Source: an uncultured delta proteobacterium (GTDB lineage: Bacteria; Desulfobacterota; Binatia; Binatales; Binataceae). Taken from it: a stretch of DNA of 64,000 bases. This document shows, one piece after another, positions 19,624 through 28,272 of this stretch (its first letter is position 1; the number at the start of each line of letters is the position of its first letter). The stretch spans positions 1,088,001 to 1,152,000 of the forward strand of contig CAVQEQ010000001.1 in the NCBI GenBank assembly GCA_963711565.1. The letters are read 5' to 3'. Below the pieces are notes generated by a model that made no database searches, was not told where the DNA came from, and saw nothing but the letters and a program-made list of their open reading frames with translations. The translations under genes were made by a program, and so were the position numbers.

Positions 19624-19979
19624 ATCCTAACCTCTCCTTGTCCGAGGAGAGGTCGGCGAAAGCCGCGCAGCGGTGTCGCCGGGTGAGGTGCAACGCCCGA
19701 CAGCGCACCTGCCTCGACTCGTTTAATCACAATTCATAGACACTGGTCCGCCGCCGGACACCAGCATCACTTTCTGACGTGCTGCACCAGGCAAACCGGC
19801 TTGTATGCTACGGCCGGCGTTGCACCTCTCCCGTCGCTCACCTTCGGCACGCGCCGACCTCTCCTCGGACAAGGAGAGGTAGGAGTCGGGATTCTTCGCT
19901 TCGCTCTGAATGACACAAAAACACCGGGTGCAGGGGTCACCCCTGCCCAAGGAGGTGCGGAACCCACGGTGGGTTCCGC
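19624..19979. repeat. REP cluster between parA and parB (family B inverted doublet, then C and A)
   Basis: 19624-19700 and 19812-19888 are inverted arms sharing ACCTCTCCTTGTCCGAGGAGAGGTCGGCG. Confidence 0.85.
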
Positions 19980-19981
19980 CT

Positions 19982-20779
19982 TCAATTAATTCTCCCATCC
20001 CCTGCCTCCCCACGCGCGACGATCTCCGCCGCGAGCGCGCGATAGCCCTCCGCCCCTGCCGACTTCGGGCCGTATTCGAGCACGGACAGGCCATGGCTCG
20101 GGCTCTCGGACATCCGCACGCTGCGTGGAATCACGCTGCGAAAAACTTTTTCCGGAAAATGCCGTCGTACCTCATCTGAAATCTCGTGACTCAGCCGATT
20201 TCGCGAGTCGAACATCGTGAGCACCAGCCCTTCCAGCTCGAGTCCCGGCCTCAGCGCCGCCTTAACCTTGTTGATCGTGCCGAGCAACGAGTTCAGCCCT
20301 TCGAGTGCGTAGTACTCGCATTGCATCGGCACGAGCACACTGTCCGCCGCGACGAGCGCATTGAGGGTAAGAATTCCAAGCGACGGCGGAGTATCAATTA
20401 GAACATAGTTATATTCTACTCTGATTGGCTCCAGGAGCGCTCGCAACCGTCGCTCGCGACCCTCCATCGTGACCAGCTCGATCTCGGCGCCGACCAAGTC
20501 ATCGCCCGCCGGCGCAAGCGACAACATCGGCCGCACCTGCCTTAGAATTTCCGCGATCGCCAGCCCGCCGACGAGCGCTTGGTAGATAGTCTTGCCCTCG
20601 CGACGAGCGGCGGCGAAGTCTTCAGGCGTGCTGATCCCCGAGGTCGCATTGCCCTGGGGGTCGAGGTCGACGAGCAGGACGCGCCGCCCTGTATCGGCCA
20701 ACGCGACCGCAAGATTAATCGCCGTCGTAGTCTTGCCGACGCCGCCCTTCTGATTAGCTATTGCGATTACCCGCCCCAC
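19982..20779 (-). CDS. parA: Chromosome partition ATPase ParA/Soj
   Basis: ANQKGGVGKTTT, DLDPQGNAT, DTPPSLG, QCEYYALEG; GTG start inferred. Confidence 0.96.
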   Translation of the reverse strand: MGRVIAIANQKGGVGKTTTAINLAVALADTGRRVLLVDLDPQGNATSGISTPEDFAAARREGKTIYQALVGGLAIAEILRQVRPMLSLAPAGDDLVGAEIELVTMEGRERRLRALLEPIRVEYNYVLIDTPPSLGILTLNALVAADSVLVPMQCEYYALEGLNSLLGTINKVKAALRPGLELEGLVLTMFDSRNRLSHEISDEVRRHFPEKVFRSVIPRSVRMSESPSHGLSVLEYGPKSAGAEGYRALAAEIVARGEAGDGRIN

Positions 20780-20945
20780 GACCACCCCGCGGGGATTGCC
20801 CCCGCACCACGCAAATGAAAGAACCCAGCCCCGAACCGCACCCGTGAAACGTCGCAAGCTCATTAAATCCCCGTGATCGCAAAAGGTCAAATCGCGCGAT
20901 CAGATTTGCACAACTAGCTGAATTTGAAAGATTTTTTAGCGGAAA

Positions 20946-20961
20946 CGTTTCACGTGAAACG
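20946..20961. other. parS site
   Basis: Perfect palindrome CGTTTCACGTGAAACG (extends to 20 bp). Confidence 0.92.
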
Positions 20962-20998
20962 TTCGATCAAACCGAAAACGTGGTACGTCCCATTCACC

Positions 20999-21052
20999 GG
21001 GTGCAGGGGTCACCCCTGCCCAAGGAGGTGTGGAACCCAGGAGGGGTTCCAC
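20999..21052. repeat. Family A two-hairpin repeat
   Basis: GGGTGCAGGGGTCACCCCTGCCCAAGGAGGTGTGGAACCCAGGAGGGGTTCCAC. Confidence 0.85.
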
Positions 21053-21060
21053 GTCTGACC

Positions 21061-21822
21061 TTATCTGCGCGTCCAGGTCGCGACCGCGCGATGGAATACG
21101 TCGCGGCCGTGCCGCAAATCATAGACGGACCGGACCCCGTCGAAGAGGCCCGCCTTATGCGCAGCCGCCTCGGTGGCCTCGTCGAACTTCTGATCCGCGC
21201 TGACGTAGAGCATGATTACGCCGCCGTCGCGACGGAGCCCTCGACCCGCGATCTCAAACAGCGCGCCCGGGTCCCCGACCGCCCGCGACGTGATCAGGTC
21301 GTACTCCTCGTGCAATTCGAGCGACTCCGCCCGCATGCACTCGACGCGCACGTTCTTCAGCCCCATCTCAACCGCCGCCTCGTTGAGGAACGTCGCCCGT
21401 TTGCGCCGCGCCTCGACCAGCGTCACGCTCGCGTTGATCGCGGCCGCGATCACGAGCCCGGGAAATCCCGCGCCGCTGCCGACATCCAACATCCGATGGG
21501 TCCGCGCCATCCTCAGAATCTTCGCGCTGGCCGCGATCGAGACCGGGATAATACTGTCGAAGACGTGAAAGACGATCTCGTCGGGGTCCCGCGGATGCGC
21601 CGTCAGGTTTATCTTCGGCCCCCACACCGCGAGCATCGCCGCCATCCTCTCTATCCGGCCAAGGAACTCATGCGTATTGGCGACGACCCCAAGCGGCGCG
21701 ATCGCCGGCGCAAGCTGCTCCCGCACCTCCGCTGCAATCTGCTCCGGCGTCAGAACTCTCTTCCGGGGCACCGCCATGACCGTCCGCTTCTTCGGCGCCT
21801 TCGCCTTCGTCTTACGTTTCAC
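21061..21822 (-). CDS. rsmG: 16S rRNA m7G methyltransferase RsmG
   Basis: INLTA, H.FDS, LDVGSGAGFPG, LVEARRKR, TSRAV; start uncertain (GTG 21822 inside parS, or ATG 21777). Confidence 0.93.
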   Translation of the reverse strand: MKRKTKAKAPKKRTVMAVPRKRVLTPEQIAAEVREQLAPAIAPLGVVANTHEFLGRIERMAAMLAVWGPKINLTAHPRDPDEIVFHVFDSIIPVSIAASAKILRMARTHRMLDVGSGAGFPGLVIAAAINASVTLVEARRKRATFLNEAAVEMGLKNVRVECMRAESLELHEEYDLITSRAVGDPGALFEIAGRGLRRDGGVIMLYVSADQKFDEATEAAAHKAGLFDGVRSVYDLRHGRDVFHRAVATWTRR

Positions 21823-21830
21823 GTGAAACG
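21815..21830. other. parS site
   Basis: CGTTTCACGTGAAACG. Confidence 0.92.
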
Positions 21831-21880
21831 TTAACCTCAAAAAGTTAAGTACCTGATTTCATTGAGTAATCATTGCAAAA

Positions 21881-21896
21881 CGTTTCACGTGAAACG
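21881..21896. other. parS site
   Basis: CGTTTCACGTGAAACG. Confidence 0.92.
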
Positions 21897-21947
21897 TTAC
21901 CAAAGATCTGATCGGAGGGACGTTTTCCGTTTCACTGGGTGCAGGGG

Positions 21948-23804
21948 TCACCCCTGCCTCTTGATATGGACCGCCAGGATCGAGATCGCCGCCGGCGTGA
22001 TTCCCGGCATCCGCGCCGCCTGCCCCAGCGATCGCGGCCGCACCGCCGTCAGCCGCTCCGAGACCTCCGTCGACAGCCCCATCACGCCCTTGAAATCCAC
22101 CCAGTCCGGTATCGTTGTATCCTCAAGCCGCGCGAACCGCTCGACTGCCTCCGCCTGCCGCCGCACGTAGCCCTCATATTTAATTTCGGTCTCGAGCTCC
22201 GCCGCTTCGTCGAGCTTCAGCATCGATGCGACCCCGCTCATCTTGATTAGCGCTTCGTAGCCGATCTCCGGCCGCTTGAGCAGCTCGATCGCGCGCACTG
22301 GCTGCGCGATCGGCGTCGATCCATGCGCCTCGATCGCCGCATTGACCTCGTCCGACGCCGGTATCAGCGCGCTCCTGAGCCGCTCGATCTCGGCGCGCAC
22401 CGCTTCTGTCTTGGCGCGGACGCGCGCGCCCGCCGACGCGTCGAGCAATCCCAGCGCCTCGCCAATCGACGACAGCCGCCGGTCAGCATTGTCCTCGCGG
22501 AGCAGCAGCCGGTACTCGGCCCGCGACGTAAACATCCGGTACGGCTCGCCGCCAATCCCGCGCGTCACCAGGTCGTCGATCATCACGCCGATATAAGCCT
22601 GGTCGCGCCGCAGGATCAGCGCCGGCTCGCCGCGGACTTTCAGCGCCGCGTTGATTCCCGCGATCAGCCCCTGCGCGCCCGCCTCCTCATACCCGGTCGT
22701 CCCGTTGATCTGGCCCGCGAAGAAGAGCCCGCGCACCAGCCTGGTTTCGAGCGACGAGGTCAACTGCGTCGGGTCCGAAAAATCGTACTCGATCGCGTAG
22801 CCCGGCCGCATTATCTCGGCGTGCTCGAGCCCCGCGATCGACCGCACCATCGCGAGCTGCACGTCGAGCGGCAGGCTCGTCAACAGTCCGTTGGGATAAA
22901 CCTCGACAGTGTCGCGGCCCTCGGGCTCGAGAAAAATCTGATGCCGCTCCTTATCCCGGAAGCGCATCACCTTGTCCTCGACCGACGGGCAATAGCGCGG
23001 CCCCTTGCTCTGAATCACGCCGGAATACATCGGCGATCGGTCGATCCCGCCGCGGATAATCTCATGCGTGCGCGAGTTGGTGAACGTCAGATGGCAGGGA
23101 ATCTGCTCCTGCGCAATCCGCTCCGTCCGGAACGAGAACGGCGGCGGCGGCTCGTCGCCCGGCTGAATCTCCAACGCCGAGTAGTCGATCGTGCGCCCAT
23201 CGAGGCGCGGGCACGTCCCCGTCTTCAGCCGCCCGATTCGAAAACCAAGCTGCGCCAGATGCTCACTGAGACCCATCGCGGCGAAATCGCCGGCGCGCCC
23301 CGCCGAATAATTCTGCAACCCAATATGGACGAGCCCCTTCAGGAACGTGCCGGTCGTGAGAATCACCGCCGGCGCCTCGAACACTTCACCTATCTGCGAC
23401 TCGACCCCGCGGATCGCGCCGTCCTCGACGATCAGCCGTTCGATGCTCGCCTGCCGCACCTGGAGATTCGCCGTGCGCTCGAGCACGCGCTTGCTGCGCG
23501 CGCGATACGCGGCCTTGTCGGCCTGCGCCCGTCGCGCACGCACGGCAGGACCCTTGCGCGTGTTGAGAAATCGAAACTGGATTCCGGTCTCGTCAGTCGC
23601 CAGCCCCATCTCGCCGCCGAGCGCGTCGATCTCGCGCACCAGGTGGCCCTTGCCTATACCGCCGATCGCCGGGTTGCACGACATCTGCCCGATATGGTCG
23701 AGGTTAAGCGTGAGCATCAGCGTGCTCGCACCCATCCTTGCGGCGGCCAGCGCAGCTTCGATCCCGGCGTGCCCGGCGCCGACGATAATCACGTCATAGT
23801 TCAT
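21948..23804 (-). CDS. mnmG: tRNA uridine modification enzyme MnmG (GidA)
   Basis: GAGHAGIEAA, MSCNPAIGG, GPRYCPS.EDK, AGQINGTTGYEEA, EPYRMFTSRAEYRL. Confidence 0.97.
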   Translation of the reverse strand: MNYDVIIVGAGHAGIEAALAAARMGASTLMLTLNLDHIGQMSCNPAIGGIGKGHLVREIDALGGEMGLATDETGIQFRFLNTRKGPAVRARRAQADKAAYRARSKRVLERTANLQVRQASIERLIVEDGAIRGVESQIGEVFEAPAVILTTGTFLKGLVHIGLQNYSAGRAGDFAAMGLSEHLAQLGFRIGRLKTGTCPRLDGRTIDYSALEIQPGDEPPPPFSFRTERIAQEQIPCHLTFTNSRTHEIIRGGIDRSPMYSGVIQSKGPRYCPSVEDKVMRFRDKERHQIFLEPEGRDTVEVYPNGLLTSLPLDVQLAMVRSIAGLEHAEIMRPGYAIEYDFSDPTQLTSSLETRLVRGLFFAGQINGTTGYEEAGAQGLIAGINAALKVRGEPALILRRDQAYIGVMIDDLVTRGIGGEPYRMFTSRAEYRLLLREDNADRRLSSIGEALGLLDASAGARVRAKTEAVRAEIERLRSALIPASDEVNAAIEAHGSTPIAQPVRAIELLKRPEIGYEALIKMSGVASMLKLDEAAELETEIKYEGYVRRQAEAVERFARLEDTTIPDWVDFKGVMGLSTEVSERLTAVRPRSLGQAARMPGITPAAISILAVHIKRQG

Positions 23805-23897
23805 GGCGAAGCAGCGATTATGGCCCGCGCCGGGCGATCGCGCAAAGAGCCGGTCACCACCAATCGTTAAGATTTCCCAACTACAGTAGGAGACAAA

Positions 23898-24003
23898 ATT
23901 GTATGTGAAACCCGCGATGGGTTTCACGCTTCCTTGGGCAGGGGTGACCCCTGCACCCGGTATCAATCGCAAAGTTGCGCGCAGCGCGCTACTTTGCTCT
24001 CGG
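23898..24003. repeat. Family A repeat (reverse orientation) plus adjacent hairpin repeated at 32480-32514
   Basis: GTGAAACCCGCGATGGGTTTCAC..GCAGGGGTGACCCCTGCACCC followed by CGCAAAGTTGCGCGCAGCGCGCTACTTTGCTCTCGG. Confidence 0.8.
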
Positions 24004-24081
24004 TCCTATGGATCAAAAACCCAGTTCCTCTTCCCGCGCGCGAAGAGCCTGCTCTAAGCGAAGTATCTAAAGGGTCGAATC

Positions 24082-24423
24082 GTGATCTTTCATATCGTCA
24101 AGCGGGGTGAGTGGGCGATAGCTATCGAGCGCGGGAGTTATGCGCCCGAGAGTTTGCGCGCCGACGGGTTTATACATTGCTCAACCGCCGCGCAGGTCAT
24201 TGATACTGCTAACCGGTTTTATCGCGGGCAGCGGGACCTGGTCGTCTTGCAGATAGATGAGGCGCGGCTCAAGGCGAAATTGAAGTTCGAGGCGCCGTCG
24301 GGTGTGCATGGTGAAGTGGCGGGTGAGTTGTTTCCTCATTTGTATGGTGAGTTGAACGTCGATGCAGTCGTGAGGGTGGTTGAGTTGCCGTGCGCGGCGG
24401 ATGGGTCGTTTCAGCAGAGGTGA
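24082..24423 (+). CDS. DUF952 family protein
   Basis: IFHI..W..GFIHCST..ANRFY..FPHLYG; stop codon lies within a family A repeat. Confidence 0.9.
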   Translation: MIFHIVKRGEWAIAIERGSYAPESLRADGFIHCSTAAQVIDTANRFYRGQRDLVVLQIDEARLKAKLKFEAPSGVHGEVAGELFPHLYGELNVDAVVRVVELPCAADGSFQQR

Positions 24424-24475
24424 CCTCCTTCGGCCTCGCTCAGGACAGGCTCTGCACCCAGTGTTAAGAAAAATC

Positions 24476-25510
24476 ATGAGAAATTTTCTTCGAGTTTCTG
24501 TTGTTGCGATCGTAGTCATCGTGGCGGCTGGAGCAGCGATTGCGGCGGAGGCGGTTGCTTACCGGATGGCGGCGACGCTTCATGTCGGAGGCGACGGCGG
24601 ATGGGATTACGTGACACTCAAACCCGACGGGCGAGTGCTCTATATCACCCGCACGACGCATACGATGGTACTCGACGTGGCGTCGGGCAAGCTGCTGGGG
24701 GACATAGGCGGCCAGGTTAGTGCGCATGGCGTGGCGCTGGTGCCGGATGCAGGGCGTGGATTTATCAGCGACGGCGGCAGCGGCTCGGTACAGATTTTCG
24801 ATCTGCGAAGCCACGCGACACTCGGCAAGGTCGCGGCGGCGGCGGACGCCGACGGAATTATCTACGATCACGCGAGTAACCGGGTGCTCGTGATGTGCGG
24901 CCGCGCGCATCGGATGGTCGCGATCGCGCCCGATGTGAATCCTGCGGGCGGCACGGCGGCGGCGACGGTCGATCTCGGCGGATCGCCGGAGTTCGCGGTC
25001 GCCGACGAGAAGGGGAAGGTCTTCGTCAATATCGCGGACAGGGACGAGGTGGCGGTGGTCGATACGAAGCAGATGAAGGTGGTCGCGCGATGGCCGACCG
25101 GGCCGGGGATGCGGCCGACGGGGATTTCGATGGATCGGGCGACGCGGCGCCTGTTTATCGGATGTCGAAATAACAAGCTGGTCGTGATGAATGCCGACGA
25201 CGGCAGGATCGTGGCGGATTTTCCGATCGGCGCGTACGTCGATGCGACTGCGTTCCGCGGCGGGCTCGCGTTCGCAAGCTGCGGCGACGGGACGTTGACG
25301 ATTATCCGCGAAGTGTCGCCGGCCAAGTTCGAACTCGCGCAGGTGCTGAAGACCGAGTTGGGCGCGCGGACGATGGCGGTCGATACCGTCGGCGAGATGA
25401 TTTATCTGCCGACGGCGGATTTGACGTTTCCGGCGGGCAGCAGCAGTCCGGCACATCCGCGGCCCGTGCCCGTGCCGGGGACGTTCAGGATATTGGTGGT
25501 GATGGAATAG
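24476..25510 (+). CDS. YncE/YVTN beta-propeller exported protein
   Basis: Signal peptide, GGDGGWDY, HGVAL, G.PEFAV.D, GARTMAVD. Confidence 0.85.
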   Translation: MRNFLRVSVVAIVVIVAAGAAIAAEAVAYRMAATLHVGGDGGWDYVTLKPDGRVLYITRTTHTMVLDVASGKLLGDIGGQVSAHGVALVPDAGRGFISDGGSGSVQIFDLRSHATLGKVAAAADADGIIYDHASNRVLVMCGRAHRMVAIAPDVNPAGGTAAATVDLGGSPEFAVADEKGKVFVNIADRDEVAVVDTKQMKVVARWPTGPGMRPTGISMDRATRRLFIGCRNNKLVVMNADDGRIVADFPIGAYVDATAFRGGLAFASCGDGTLTIIREVSPAKFELAQVLKTELGARTMAVDTVGEMIYLPTADLTFPAGSSSPAHPRPVPVPGTFRILVVME

Positions 25511-25518
25511 CCTCTGGT

Positions 25519-25668
25519 TCCCTCGCCCCACGAGGGGAGAGGGTTAGGGTGAGGGACAATTGTGCGGCGCAATTGTCTGTCGCGCCGCACACTCTGGAAT
25601 CCGGAACATTTGGTCCCTCACCCGCCGCGCGTGGGCGCGCGTCGGCCTCTCCCCTCGTGGGGCGAGGC
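25519..25668. mobile_element. Gene-less derivative of the DUF559 element (family B doublet)
   Basis: 25519-25590 aligns with 450-519 including the subterminal hairpin; right arm is inverted. Confidence 0.6.
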
Positions 25669-25706
25669 AAAGATTTCGCTTCGCTCAGGACGCCATACGA
25701 TTTTGA

Positions 25707-26288
25707 TCAGGCGACGACGTGGTCGGAGAAGCCGGCTACGTCGTAGGTCATTATCAGGAGATCACGAGAGCGGCCGCGGCGGTCTTCGACCCAATCGGAA
25801 AGGATCGCTTCGACCTGGAAGCCCAAGTGCTCGAAGGCGGCGCGCGCAGCGGTCTGATCGGTGGTCATCTGGGCCGTGATCTTTTTGAGGCCGAGTGAAC
25901 GCGCGAGATCGAATACTTCGGCGGCGAGGCGGCGGCCGAGTCCCGCACCGCGGTAACGCGACGAGGTGATGATGCGGATTTCGCCGACGCGCCGAGTCCA
26001 TCGCGCCTGATCGAGGTGGACGCTCGCGTAGGCGGCGAGTTCGCCGTCGACCTCGGCGAGCAGGGTGATGGTGTGCCCGGCCTTGATGTTATCGACCCAA
26101 CTCTGGACGACGCCGCGATCGGTGATGTCTGTGCGCAGGAAGAGCAGGTCGTCGGCAGGCAGGTTGCGGGCGAAATCGATGATACGATCGAGGTCGTCGG
26201 GGCCCATCACGCGGATGGCGGCGCTATGGCCGTCGCGCAGCTTAAGCTCAATTGGATAAGGGCGATTAGTCTTGATCTGCTCGGTCAT
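25707..26288 (-). CDS. GNAT family acetyltransferase
   Basis: LRDG..IR.., YRGAGLGRRL, FEHLGF; GGAGG RBS. Confidence 0.88.
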   Translation of the reverse strand: MTEQIKTNRPYPIELKLRDGHSAAIRVMGPDDLDRIIDFARNLPADDLLFLRTDITDRGVVQSWVDNIKAGHTITLLAEVDGELAAYASVHLDQARWTRRVGEIRIITSSRYRGAGLGRRLAAEVFDLARSLGLKKITAQMTTDQTAARAAFEHLGFQVEAILSDWVEDRRGRSRDLLIMTYDVAGFSDHVVA

Positions 26289-26550
26289 CGAAACCTCCGG
26301 CGTAACCGCTGTGGGCAAGCGCTGCTTTCGAGAATACTCGTAAGGCGCTGTTAACCCGCGCGGAACGCTATCCTTGATCAGCGCGGGCGGCCCGGCAAGC
26401 GCAGCATAAATAAAATTCGGCTTGCGCTTTGGCGACCATGCCTGCCAAACTTTGCAATCTGCGGCATTGTCATTTCCAGGTTTTCCCGACTGGGACGGGG
26501 CATCGCGCTGCGGCCCACGGCAGGGAAGTCCCACTCGGAGGTGAGTTAGA

Positions 26551-28095
26551 ATGGCCGAAAAACCGACACTTCCATCCGCGTCGAGCTATCGGCTGTCAAC
26601 GCAGGATGCGACCTTTATCTACGGTGAATCGCAGAGTGGTCCGCTGCATATCGGATCGATCGGGCTGTTCGAGGGTCAGGTCGATTTCAACGGGCTCTTG
26701 GGGCATTTCGAGGAACGGATGCATCTGGTGCCGCGCTACCGGCAGCGGCTGATCGAAGTCCCGCTGAATTTCGCGCATGCGATGATGGAGGATGACCCGG
26801 AGTTCGCCGTCGAGAATCACGTATTTCCGCACGAGCTGCCTGACGCGATGAGCGAAGGCGACGCGCTAGCGGAAATGATGCGCATCTTCAAGAAACCGCT
26901 CGACCGCAAGCATCCGCTGTGGGAGCTGCACGTGTTCCACAACCTGGACGGGAATCGCACGGCGCTGATGTGGAAGGTGCATCATTGCCTGGTCGATGGC
27001 GTGTCGGGGGTCGAGCTGCTGAAGGTGATGTACGATTTTCGCGCGGAGCCCGACGATATTCCGCAGCCGCCGGAGCCATGGGTGGCGGCCAAGCCGTCGA
27101 GTCTGATCCGGCGATTCGCGGAGGCGGTGCGCGATCAGATTCAGGGCGCGGTCAACTCGACGATCAACGCGGCGGTCGAAGCGATCGAGGATCCGGCCTC
27201 GGTGACGGAGCGCGCGCGGCAGTTGGGCGAGGCGTCGCGGGTGATGACGGAGCTGGCGACGCGGCGGATAGTGGCGACGCCGTGGAACGCGACGCCGGTC
27301 ACGCAGGACCGCGTGGTGGCATGGACGCGTCAAACGTTCTCGGACTTTCGCGCGATCAGATCGGCGTTCGGCGGATCGGTGAACGATGTAGTACTGGCTA
27401 TGTTGACAGAGGGCGCCGCTCGATATTTGCAGCATCATGGGTACGCCGTCGAGGGACAGCAACTGTGTATTGGATGTCCGGTCAACGTGCGGCACAAAGA
27501 TGAAAAGAGTTCGCTGGGGAATCGCGTCTCGATGATGTTCCCGACCGCGCCGGCGGCGCCGATGGATATTGTCGAGCGGCTGAAACTGATTCACGAAGAG
27601 ACGGAGCGAATCAAGGCGGCGGGCTCCGCGCAGGCTCTGGAAGCCATGATGGGGCTGAGCGACGCGATCCCACCGAGCATGATCGGGCCGGCCTCGCGGG
27701 TGACGACCACGATGCTCGATGTCGCGGGACGGCTGGCGAAGTGGACCGATTGGAGGCCGCGGCCCGACGGCATGGCGCTGCCCGCATTCGGAATAAACTT
27801 TATCGCGACCAACGTGCCGGGCGTGCAGGTGCCGCAATATATCAACGGTCACGTATGTTTGGACATGGTACCGCTGGTGCCGCTCGGCGCAACGATGGGG
27901 TATGCAGTCGCAATACTCAGTTACTATAGAAGTCTATACTTCGGAATGATGGCAGACCCGCGCGTGATGCCCGACGTCGCGTTGATGAAGGCATTCGTCG
28001 ATGACGCATTCGCGGAGCTGAAGCGGCGATGCGTGGAGAAGTCGGCGGAAAAAGCAGCGGAGGAGCCGGAGCGGAAGAGCGCCAGCGGCGCTTGA
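26551..28095 (+). CDS. Wax ester synthase / diacylglycerol acyltransferase
   Basis: HHCLVDG catalytic motif, PLDRKHPLWE, SVNDVVL, TNVPG. Confidence 0.95.
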   Translation: MAEKPTLPSASSYRLSTQDATFIYGESQSGPLHIGSIGLFEGQVDFNGLLGHFEERMHLVPRYRQRLIEVPLNFAHAMMEDDPEFAVENHVFPHELPDAMSEGDALAEMMRIFKKPLDRKHPLWELHVFHNLDGNRTALMWKVHHCLVDGVSGVELLKVMYDFRAEPDDIPQPPEPWVAAKPSSLIRRFAEAVRDQIQGAVNSTINAAVEAIEDPASVTERARQLGEASRVMTELATRRIVATPWNATPVTQDRVVAWTRQTFSDFRAIRSAFGGSVNDVVLAMLTEGAARYLQHHGYAVEGQQLCIGCPVNVRHKDEKSSLGNRVSMMFPTAPAAPMDIVERLKLIHEETERIKAAGSAQALEAMMGLSDAIPPSMIGPASRVTTTMLDVAGRLAKWTDWRPRPDGMALPAFGINFIATNVPGVQVPQYINGHVCLDMVPLVPLGATMGYAVAILSYYRSLYFGMMADPRVMPDVALMKAFVDDAFAELKRRCVEKSAEKAAEEPERKSASGA

Positions 28096-28268
28096 GGGGA
28101 AGGGGAGATCACTTTATTGAATGTGAAACCCGCGATGGGTTTCACGCTTCCTTCGGCAGGGCTGAGCCCTGCACCCGGTGAGAAGAAATCGCGAAATGGC
28201 GAGGACGTCATTTCGCTCTCAAGGGTTCTTTTCCCTCTGTCATTCAGAGCGAAGCGAAGAATCCCGGC
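28096..28268. repeat. 125-bp family A element plus family C repeat
   Basis: Starts immediately after the WS/DGAT stop; inverted copy of 18547-18671. Confidence 0.85.
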
Positions 28269-28272
28269 TCCT

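Noticed and set aside
19723-20094. Small ORFs over repeat clusters (also 14132-14452, 28117-28407, 47739-48089)
   Set aside because: Translations of palindromic repeats with no independent coding evidence
23905-23927. Family A hairpin GTGAAAC..GTTTCAC as a parS variant
   Set aside because: The half-sites are in reversed order with a 9-nt gap and vary to GCGGAAC in other copies
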